Origin: Amphiscolops sp. MND2022
Lineage: Eukaryota
Length of the DNA: 64,000 bases
Direction: 5' to 3'
Assembly: GCA_964187785.1 (NCBI GenBank)
Contig: OZ076409.1
Coordinates: forward strand, 54,066,001 to 54,130,000
The notes beneath the pieces were generated by a model. The model saw nothing but the letters and a program-made list of their open reading frames with translations, ran no database searches and had not been told where the DNA came from. Shown here piece after piece: positions 13,805 through 25,000 of this stretch (positions within the stretch are counted from its first letter, which is position 1; each line of letters starts with the position of its first letter). Position numbers and translations under genes: made by a program.

Positions 13805-14559
13805 ACAATATCATTCCACACAAAAGTGAAAAAGCTTTCTCGAATTTTAATCAGTATTACTACGGTACTTTTTTGAAATCAAATCAAAACTTAAGTATAT
13901 AAAAGGGGTTGCTTTCTGGCATCGAAAATGTTCCAAAATTATTTAGGATCGATCTATTATGCAATATTTTTTTTAATCGAACAATTGCGTAATGATATCC
14001 AGAGTAGAAAATAATTTGAGGTCAATCTTTGATTATGCGTCTTCAACTTATTTAGCACCTTGACTTGAATTGGCTTTGCTTGCCAACTTTCTTTGAAGAT
14101 TGCCGCTTTTGAAACAAGTACCAGTTGAATTAGTGATGTCAATTAGAATGTTGTTCGAAAGCGTCATTTCACGTTACGTGAAAACAATGGGGTGATTTTT
14201 TCCGGTATAACTCACAAACAATGTCAACAGCTAAAATCAATTAAAAACATTTAGGCTTCAACTTTCAATTAACCTTCCAACGTGCTTTGGAATTAAGGTT
14301 TATTATTCAGACCACTTTAATATCCGTATCAAAACTAAGAAAAATGGTTTGATGGTAGTGTCACTGCATATCATTGTTGGACATCGAGATCGATTCTTTT
14401 TCTTCGACATTTTTTCGACGAACTATGGAACCCATTGTATCCGGTTTCCTCTTACTTCTGGAAGGGGGAACTGGAAGAGGCAGGGTAAGATACAAAAAAC
14501 CTTCCAAAATGCCCTGATACTTTTGACAACTTTTGGGCGTTCAAATCGTACTGTGTGGG

Positions 14560-15000
14560 GAGAAAAACGAACTTTGTTGAAAATTGATGTTAATAATCAA
14601 GATCAAGATGTAATAACAAAAATCAAAACCAAAAGCTTTGCTGGCCTCCAATGTGTTTTCAGTAATTTTAGGTTGCAAACTTCCTCGCTGTTGGTACATC
14701 CCACTTTCAACATCAGCGAAGGTTACATGTGTCCGAAAGGCGATGTAGTGGTTACTTCGTTGAAAATTACTCAAAGGCCTTCTGTTTCCTGCTCAACCCG
14801 CTGTTTCAGCGTTGATTTTAGAATCCAAACAGCGACGTCTTCCTCATTGGCAAGATGGTTGTGGCCATTGAAGGTCTTGAAACCTAAAACAATCTGATTG
14901 AGCATTGCAGCTACAATATGGGTTTCTACGCTTCACTAGAGAACATTCTTGTGTATTGATTTTTTAACAGAAACGTGTTGTGAACGCAGAAGGAAGTTCT
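14560..15000 (-). pseudogene. Probable FLYWCH/MULE-type transposase remnant
   Basis: Manual translation: GHNHLANEEDVAVWILKSTLKQRVEQETEGL*VIFNEV..[frameshift]..VTFADVESGMYQQRGSLQPKI, resembling the post-FLYWCH segment of animal MULE transposases. No termini identified. Confidence 0.45.
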
Positions 15001-15129
15001 GTCGCCTTCAATTATGAAATACATCCAACAAGCGTTTTCGAAACTGTTAGGCTGCGTAAGTTCGATGATTTGTAATTCAAATGGAACATTACCAAGTTAG
15101 TTAGGTGCTACTTTCACACCTACCATAAT

Positions 15130-16165
15130 AAAACACAGAGGCGAAGCCGTGCTTCGCAAACACTTGCGAACATTTGAAGAAAACCAAATAAGCAATATCA
15201 TAGGGAAAACCAAGGGTAAAAGGAGATTAAAAATTCATCAATTTTACAGCGCCAAAAAATACCCGAAGGGATACGCGTAAGCCTCGAAAACCATTCTTCC
15301 CCAACTGAAAACAGCAAAAAACCCATTCTTTCTCAACGGAAAACATTAAACAGAAAATAGAAAAAAATTTCAAAATTTTTCGAAAACATTTTTGATGGTC
15401 TCCGGTAAGTCGCAAAGCCTTGAGGAGTCCTCTCGCAAAACGTTTCGTTTCTTGTAAAAATTGAGCAGGGGCTTCGGTGAAAACAAATTTTAAAAAAGTC
15501 GCATAGAAAAAAGATCGGTCTTTAAAAAAACGGTCTTTTAAAACTAAAAATTGAGAAAAATATTTCCGAACTTTTTCGAATTTTTTTTGAAGTTTCCGCT
15601 AAGTCACATAGTGCCGAAAAATGTGAAAAAGGGACCCTGTAGGATTTTATAACATTCGTTCTGTTGCAAGATATCAAAAAATTGAAATGAGGACGCTTTG
15701 GGGACATTAAAAATTTTTGAAAAAAATAAAGGAGTCTAAAAAAATTTTGAAAAAAATTTAGAATTTTGAACTGTCTCATAGTGCCGAAAATTCTGAAAAA
15801 AGGGACCCTTTGGGATTTTTTAACATTCGTTCTCTTGCAAAATATCAAAAAAATTGAAAGGAGGACTCTTTGGGGACATTTAAAAAATTTCGAAAAAAAA
15901 GTCTCACAAAGCCGAAAAAAGTCTCACAAAGCCGAAAAGTCTCATAGTGCCGAAAAAAGTCAGAACCTTCTGCTTCGGAATACTTGTAAAAAATTAGCGC
16001 ATACCCACGGGTTCGAACACGAAACCTCTGGGTTGAAAAGCAAGCAGCTTACCACTAGACCACGAACGCGTGAAACGTGCGAGTTGCCGCGTGAAATCAG
16101 AGAGTTGTCGCGCGGAAAACAAAGCACCCGCACTTTCCCATAACACTTGCTTATCGCAAGTGTAA
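15130..16165 (-). mobile_element. HINE family B: same architecture and body as family A, with different terminal sequences
   Basis: Inverted pair ACACTTGCGA (15160-15169) / TCGCAAGTGT (16154-16163). 5' hairpin ACACTTGC-TTATC-GCAAGTGT (16143-16163); 3' hairpin GCGAAGC-CGT-GCTTCGC (15141-15157). Body has the GGGACCC and AGTGCCGAAAA motifs of family A. Confidence 0.7.
15997..16069 (-). pseudogene. tRNA-derived segment with A-box and B-box inside HINE family B
   Basis: Minus strand reads GCGTTCGTGGTCTAGTGGTAAG...GTGTTCGAACCCGTGGGTATGCGC: A-box TGGTCTAGTGG and B-box GTTCGAACC at tRNA spacing; stems imperfect. Confidence 0.65.
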
Positions 16166-19100
16166 TTAGAACAAAAGCCGTGAACATTGAAACTACCTAC
16201 ACACCTGCAATTTTCACAATCTCATGTACTAGACTTTTGATTACTAGATTTATGTTCTACTCTAGAGTAAATAGATTCGCTTTCGATTCATCAAACTTCG
16301 ACTCTTTCTAATTCGATCCTATATAACTCAGCTTCGCTTTTCAATTCTGGATAATTCGATTCTAAAAAGGCTACTCTTTGAAAGTTATACTGTATCTTGC
16401 AAAAAATGAGATTTTCTAAACCTTTTCACGCAATATCTTGAAAAATGATGGTCAAAACCTCCCTTAATCAAAATTGTATCCTTAACAAACCGTTTTTCAG
16501 CTTTCACGGCAACTCTTTTTCTCGAAAAGATTTATATAAAAATGAATAGCCAAAAACAATTATTCGGAGTGTTTATCTATTCTTACCATTTTGTGATATA
16601 GTTCTGATAATAGTTTTCACTGTTTAACTTTAAACTTACAGAACTGAATCAAAGGTAGAAAGATTGTCGTTGGCTTTTTTCGTCATTGAACCGCGTTTTT
16701 CGAGATTATACATGATGATTATGCTAAAGTTAGGAGGGAGGATAAATCTTGGTGGGAATGAATGGAAGGTTCCTTATCAAGATTTTGTGATTTTTCACTG
16801 AATAGAAAGCTGAGAGTCTCTTTATGTATAGAAAGTGCTTTTATGTTTTATAAAAGGCCTGTAAGAATTGAAACAGGGTAATTTTTCCTGATACATATCC
16901 TAACAATTTAACAAATTTAAGTAGGAGAAACCTGAAGGATACTATAAATGCGCACTACTTGTTTGACAGGTATCAATAAACTGTTAAAACAAAGGTTTTG
17001 GAGTATTAAAAAAACTACAAAGCTTCCCCGTGGGGACAAAATATAGGTTATCGGTCTTTGATTGGGAAAAAGACAGAAGTTGAAAGCCCGCGCAAAAAGT
17101 GTTTGTTTCTTTTTCTTTCATCCAACGTCTTGTATGAAAAATGACAAACAGGCGACTACTACAAAAGCTTTTTTTACCTCTTTTACAAAAAAATAGTTGA
17201 ATGGAATGATTGTTTGTACTTTACAAAATACTATTGCACATGGTCCATTTGCTACCTACAGTTGAGCAAATTGTTGAACAAAAAACATAAGACCGACCCG
17301 TTCCCCTTCTTTGCCGCTTTCATTGGAAAACATCACTGTTATAGCAACCAAGGGTTATCCTCTTTTTCCACTCCACTAGGCGGGAACATTTCACCTTGAA
17401 AAGATGCACCAAAAACTATGATCTTTTGCACCGAATTTTTACTTGATGTCTTTTTCTTTTTAACCTAAAGCCGCCCTCTATAATGTTTACTTCAAAGAGC
17501 TCTGTAAAAACAGGATTGTCAAAGACCTTGAAAAATCTGAATATTCTGAAAATTATATCCTAGGTATCGTTCTGTTGTAAAGTGTAGAGCTCTCATCGCT
17601 TTTGAAGTGCGAATTTTTTTCCAATTCAAATTTGAAATTATTTGCTTGTAATTTAAACTCTAACATCGATTGCAGATAAAACCTCAGCTGAAGATTCTTA
17701 AAATTAATCAATTGTTGTTTGCATTGTGGAATATTTCGGTTTTCATCTTGTTAATGGAACGTTTACATCATACCGAAAAAGCCTTTCATCTTGCTGACAT
17801 TTTGTTAAGCTTACTTGGTAATGCACATTTTCGAAAGATACTAATTCGAAGCGAAAAAATTCTATGGCGTTATTCGACATACCAAGAAAAAAACGATATA
17901 ATCGTTAGAACTAGCATTATTTCACCTTTATCTTTGAAAACCATTTTCTGCCATCTTGAGCTGCTGAGAAAAGAAGCTTATTGCGGATCTTTTTGTTTTA
18001 ACAGGACGTAGCTTTTACCAAATGCTTTGAAAATTCGTCGGTGATGTGAAAAAAAAACGTTTCATGGCTGCAAATAAAAACAGATCGATCAAATAGATGA
18101 CCTGAATTTTAATGGTGGTTTCTCGACGCATCATTCAATCCGTTTGATCGCAGCACTACAAAGGCTTTTGGTACTTCCTAATTTACAGATATATTGATTA
18201 TGCTACACGTATAAATGCATTCAGATAATTTCACAACCGTGTCACTGGAATTTTTCGCCGTTGCCACACTGGGGTATTTCAGCTGTGATCAATAATACAT
18301 GCGGTGGTCCTCAAATTTTGCCAGAAGTTCAGATTCAAAGACCTTGGATAAGCATTTAATTTATGCAAATCACTTAAATATTCATTGATGCGTTAGAAAG
18401 ACATGTGATGCAAAAAGAGAAAATTGATGATACTTAATTCATCAACTAAAAACTCAGAAAATATAATGTTCTGAAAAAAAATCATATGAAGTGAAAAAGA
18501 TAAACTCAAAGTGAAAAATAAAGATTCATTTCAGAAACTGAACATTTGTGGCCAATTTTTACTGATTTTTCGCATACCAGGTTTCTTGAAGATTCAAAGC
18601 ACTACAAAAAATGACTACATAAAGCATGGAACTTAGCAGAAACGCTGCTTGCTGAATCAAGTCAGAAAAAGTACTCAAGTTGCGTACCAAACATAAACAA
18701 TACACTATGGTCATGACCACGCCTTAACCTTTCCACGACGAGCATATTTTACAACATGTCCATACCATAATTGATGCTTAAACGTAATGCATGGATTACC
18801 AGATAATCAGAAATAATCAAGTATTCAAAATAGAAATAAAATCAGAAACTGACAATTCTTTCTGAGTTTTCGAAAATTGATTTTGCATGTTTTCCCTGGA
18901 GAACAATTTTACGAAACTAAATTTTGACAATTTAGGGGTAATTTCAGAACGGCTTCTTCCTTCGTTGAAGAAAAGTGTCAATCCATTTTGTGGTGTTTTT
19001 CAAAAACTTTCGATAACAACTGTATCCATGCATATACGATGCATGAACAAGCACTGTGTACAGAAATTTAACCTGGTCAACACGGTTCAATCTTTGTCAG

Positions 19101-22040
19101 TTGATGCTTCATTTCTTCTGAGGGAGTGTTAGGTGGAGTGGTTGAAGCATTAGGCACTGCTCTAGGGTGGCATCAGATTCGAATGTCTTTCATCTCACCA
19201 TAATCCTACATCCCTAGCCTAATGGTATGGGCACAAAAATATCGCACTTGATGGAGAAAATAGACTAAAGAAGAACAATGGTGAGCGGTCAGACATTTTT
19301 GACGTTGAGTAAGTCACTTTGAAACTACAGCTTCCAGCCGACCACTTGGCTGCAATATTAGTCCCATAGATTGACTTTCTTCTTTTTCAAATCTTGACTG
19401 CAACTTTGTAACGCCTCAATGCAGCAATGGAAATGTTAAATACATGTTTTAAACCAGAAAAAAATTGGAAATTTCTGCTGAAAACTTTTCTTTTTCTCTG
19501 ATTCAGAATTCTTTCGAACTGATGCAACAAAAAACGTTCGCTCCTAGCAGATAAAGCGATTCAAGTTTCTCCCGATTTCTGTTCACACTGTTGAAATTTC
19601 TTTACTTTTCTGTTGAAACATTTTACAAAATTTTACTGGCTGCAAAGCAATTTTATAGTGATTTTATTGAAACTACCGGAAACGTTCACCCAAAGTTTCA
19701 CTATCATCACTTTTCAGTGTTTTGTGTCAATTTCACAGGCAGCTTTTTTACCGCCTGCTTTAAACTAGGCAACTTCAAACACTCAAGAAACAGCAAATTA
19801 GCGTCACCTTCAGCGTAAAATAGGAGTACCGGTCAAAGCTTGGGTTGAGTAGTTGAGACGCAAGATTGTGATAGTAAAGTGATTGGGTCAGTCTTGGAAT
19901 CAGAAAAGCGTTGCATACATGGCTGCAGCATGTCCAAATAAGAACTTTTCCATAAAATCCAGTTTACCAATTGTTATTTTCTGTATTTAGAAAAAACTTT
20001 CTTCTCACGTTTTCCTTCTAGTTATCTTTTCTTATCAAACGTAACTGCAACTTCGCGTCATTCTATCATGAACACTTTGTTCTTTTTCAGCATCAATATG
20101 GTTGAAAAAAAATCAAATCACTCGAATGAGGGACACATTTTACAAAAATACCGTGTAGTGTGGAAAAAACTTGAAAAAGCGTCCACTCTTCTGTCTTTTC
20201 TAGTTTAGTTTGTGTCTGTGAAATGTTTTCCACAAGCGTAAACTTTATGCTGAATTTGTAACACCAATACCAATATCAGATGCCAATTTTCGTTCAGCAA
20301 AAATGACAATGTTGCAGTATCAATGAGTTTCTTGTAACTTCAAAACATCTAGCATCTTACTTTCTAAATATATGTTTATAAACCTCTATTCAACTGTCGA
20401 TCAACGAAAGTTTCCAAGTAGTCAATAAAAGAACGTTTTTCAGCACTTTCAAGGTATCGAACGGTGCAGATTGCAAATTTTCACAATCAAAATGAATCAT
20501 TGAAATCATGATGAAAATATTACTGCCTTGATTATACCAGCCTGTACACTTTTTAATTCATTGTTTTTCTCCTTCATGTCGGTTTTTCTAGAGAATTAGA
20601 GCAACTAAAATTTGCATAAGGTGGCACCATGATACCATCGGCCAAACTTTTCTATGCTTAGGATCAAAGGACTGATACACCAACAAGGAAAATGATGACT
20701 AATGATTATTTCACTTTTACACCTGATCCTAGCTGCGGCAAATTATCTCCCCTGACGCCCATTTTTACAAGCCTCTCCCCTGTGGTTTTTAGTTTTTACT
20801 ACTACTATGGTCTTACTAACAGCCTATTTGTAGGCTCAAAACAACCATTCGTTCACATTTCCCCACTTTTGGTACACTGGACATTTTTAAAAATGTTTCC
20901 CAGTGTTGGGAGCAAAGTCATTAACATTTCCCGTCGAGTTTACTTCACGTGCAATACCTAGATTGCAATCCCCTGATACTTACCCCTGATTTTTCCACCG
21001 GCCGTCTTAGAACTTTCCAGCCGCGGGAGAAAAAATCAACTTTTCCATACATTCCCAATTTTTAGTTGTATACATACCAATACCCAGCTTATTGCAAATT
21101 TTTATAAATGTATATGAAATATATACGTTTGAATTTCCGTTCGGATGCGTTCAGTAATTTTCAATCAAGCAGCCCCTATAAAATTCTGCGCGATTACATT
21201 TTCTTCACAGTTCCCAGGGGAGGGGTGAAAAGGGGTGGTACCTATTTGTGTAGACTCTTGAGGTGCCTTGACGGTGCGGTGCAGTCATAATTTCATCTGT
21301 TTTATCGCCCTAAAATGTGTATTTTGAATTCAGCTCTAATATATTCTCTCTTTCACTCGAACGATGAACGCGCCACCAAGTTCCTGAGCTTCTTCCCCAT
21401 TGTACAGAAAAAGCCATGTTTTCTGACTCTTTCACATGTTTCCCGTATAAAAATCGAGAAATCAATTATAAGCAGACAAATTGCTATGAAATAGGCGCCT
21501 AAATGTCGAAGGGGAGTTACCTTCTTTTGATTTTGAAAAACAAAGACAAAAAACAGCTTGAGAAACATTTCGCAGACAATTTCTCTTCATATGCTTTTTG
21601 CCATTATATTCAGCTCCCAATATATTTCAGCTTCAAAGGCATTTTGTATACAATGAGGCATGCCTAAAAGTTATGTACAGTACTGAACCAAAGTTGCAGA
21701 AATCGATGTATTATTCAAATCTGAACACGTACTTGAAATTTCGCAGCTGAAGGCTCCGTTTTTCTATGTTCGCATACTGTCTGTCTTATCATTCTGGCTC
21801 ATCCTCTTCAGAAACAATAAAAATCATTGATTAGTGGTACTTGATAGTCTAAGCTTGCATACTGCTAATTTTACTTGATTACAAATTTTCTTCAACCTTT
21901 CAAGAGTTTCAATAATTGCGTAATTAGTTCAATGAAGCAAAAACGCATAAGTGTGTTTATAAAACTCTTCATGTGAAGTGTAAGAAAATAAACTAAAGAT
22001 TTCGAGAGTTTATCAATCATTTCATGCCCGAAACATGCTT

Positions 22041-25000
22041 TTCGTGTCTCGCTCATCAATTGAAAGAAAAAACGAATTCTAATAAAGGCTTCATTATATC
22101 TGTAGATCTACAGGGTTAACATGCTTGCAATTCAAATAGGGCAAAAAATTAAAGCTGAAATTTCTCTATCAGCCTAGGCCTACTGGCCAAAGGTCAAACT
22201 TTGAATTTTATACATTTTTGATTCAAACACAAAGCAATCTGAGTTCAAAAGAGCCTACTTTTGGGACTCTTAGAACACTTTGAGATTGTTGAGAAGTGTA
22301 TGAAAACACCCTGGGCATATGTTACAGACTTTCTTCTTTTTGGTCGGCGTTTTTTAAACTGAAAACTGCGACTGTTTCAGTGGCTTTTCGTTGGTTTTTA
22401 ATTTTTTTCAATCAACACGAACTGACCAAAACATTTCTACAAAATGTTAAAATCTTCAAATGTACCATTTGGCACAGCACGCTATTTCAGAATTTTTGAT
22501 GTAATATCCGAAGTAAATTGCGTTTTACTAAGGAGGTGGCAGAGGTTCCAAAATGCAGCGCTGTATCCCAATTCTGGCGTTATATCTAAAGTTATTTTGT
22601 TTTTTTTCCGCTACTGTGAAATTTAGAAACTATTCAAAAAAAACTTTGAAGCTTTATGTACTTTTGCGCTTTTCGAGCATTAGGCGGGGCACCGACTTAT
22701 TCCGTTCCCGGCTTGTTGATAATTAAGACGGCAGTCGACTTGTGATGTTAAAAGTGTGCCCATGTTGACCATTCATGGATTTCCATCCATGATTCATCCA
22801 TGATTCATGGACCCACCATGCCGAGAATCATTCCATGGGAATGAAACTGCCTGATAATTTCTTGAGCAATTAAAATCCTAGTCGTGACTGCTAGAACTTT
22901 TCCAAGCTGCGTTGATGCATACAAGATATTTTTTCCGAAACATGGAAAACTCTAGGAGCCTGTTTGGAAACGTTTTCCTAGGATTACAATCCAGCATTCA
23001 CTAGTTCAATTAAATCTTGGGAAAAGCTACTTCACCTGATTTTTTTTCACCATTTTGAATTTTGTCTCATATATCCAACTTATCTAATCAGCGTTAAACA
23101 AATTGTACGCTACTTTGAAACCGATAACATGACTGAAGTTGAATTGCACCAAAACGGAGGTAAAAATTATCTGGTCTCAGCTGCATTTCGAACAACAAGA
23201 CGGGAACAGCTCAAGTCAGCGCTATACCTAAGACTCAAAACGCTCAAAAAATGTTTGAAACATGCGCAAGACGGTCTGAAAAACATAAAAAGTTCCTTTC
23301 GTCCTCGGAAAACGCTTCAGAAGTACGGATATTGCGTGTTGGAATAAAATGGAGCATTTTTTGAACCTGCGCCTCCTCCTTTTTAAACGCAACATAGTTC
23401 GGGTATAACGTCAAAAATTGGGATAGAACGCTTCTTTTCGGATGTTGCGTCAAAAATTTGGATATTATTGAAGCAATTATTGGACATATATTGGCAAAAC
23501 CTATTATCAGACAAAAATAAGAATTGTGAACAGTCTCATAGTGCCAGAAACTTTGGCAAAAGGGGACTCTTTGGTAGTTTTTAACATCCATTCTGTTACA
23601 AATTATCAAAAAAATTGACAGGGAGACACACTGAAGACAATAAAAAATTTCCGAAAAAAATCTCTTGTCGAAAAAAAAATCAAAAGGGGGACCCTTTAGT
23701 TTCGTCCGGTTTGTAGGTTACGCTAAAAAACTAAAAGGAAATCGGCGACCTTTTGTGTTAACTTAGATGCGTTTCCCAGGTATTCGTTCAGTTGAACAAA
23801 CTGAACAAAAATTTTGTCGCATTCGAGTCTGTCCTAAATAAAACAAGACGGGAACGTCTAAAGTCGGCGCTATATCTAAGGCTCGAATAGCTCAGTTTTC
23901 TAAATATGCCCAGAATGTATTCATGAAAAGCTTTGAAAACACTTTCGAGACACCCAAAGTGTGCCTTTCATGCTCGATATGACTGGAAAATCACTTTTCT
24001 CGACTGGAAACAAAAAAATTTTTGAAAATTTTTTTGAAAATTTTTTTTGAAAAAAATTTTTGAAAAAAACTTCGAAAACGTCGCATAGTGCCGAAAAATG
24101 AAAACGGGGGACCCTTTGGGATTCATTAACATATTTTCTGTTGCAAAATATCAAAAAATCCGAAGGGGGGACTCTTTTGAAAAATTGAAAATTTTCGAAA
24201 AAAAAATTCGCACAGTGCCGAAAAAAAATTGAAAGGGGGGACCCTTTGGAGTCTTCCGGTTTTGTAGGTTACGTAAAAAAGGTAAAAAACGAAAGGGGGG
24301 ACCCTTTGCAGTAAGTTTGCATTGGTGGAACTTGGCCTGAGTGAACTTATCAGTTTCTGTAAAAAGTGGTACATACGCGATGAGCTCTGTGGTCTGACGA
24401 AAAAAAACAAGACGGGAACGTCCCAAGTCGGCGCCATATCTTAGGCTCAAAAATATTCAAGGAACAACTATTGTAAAAATTTGTAAAAAAAAATTTTCAA
24501 AAAAATTATTTTTGAAATTTTTTTCGAAAAAAAAGTATTTTTTAAGTCGCAAAATGCCGAAAAAAATCCAAAGGGGGGACCCTTTGGGCACGTCCGGTTG
24601 TGTATGTTTCCTTGAAAAAGTAAAAACTGAAAGGGGGACCCTTTGGAGTAAAGTTTGCCTTCTGCGCAGAATTGCAGAATTGTAAGAAAAGTGGACCACT
24701 CAGAGTGAGATTGTCAACTGAAAAAAACAAAAAAAAAAAAACTACTCACTGTAAGAGTCGGGCTTTTTTCCTTAAGGGAAAAGGCGCCGACTAAAAAAAA
24801 CTACTCACTGTAAGAGTCGGGCTTTTTTCCTTAAGGGAAAAGGCGCCGACTAAAAACTAGCCACTGTAATAGTCGGGCTTTTTTCCTTAAAGGAAAATGC
24901 GCCGACTAAAAACGAGTGACTGTGCTAGTCAGGCTCTTTTACTATGAAAACTAACGCATGATAAAACTTGCGAAATTTTGTGGCACCGTTTTGCAGCCAA

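Noticed and set aside
14349..14897. 182-aa plus-strand ORF as a host gene exon
   Set aside because: No recognisable motif; it is antisense to a probable transposase remnant.
15997..16069. Functional tRNA gene
   Set aside because: Acceptor and anticodon stems are mismatched and the sequence is embedded in a repeat; treated as tRNA-derived.
24742..24957. CRISPR-like array of ~59-bp hairpin-containing repeats
   Set aside because: No unique spacers, no cas genes and a eukaryotic context; the units are stacked 5' heads of nested HINE elements.
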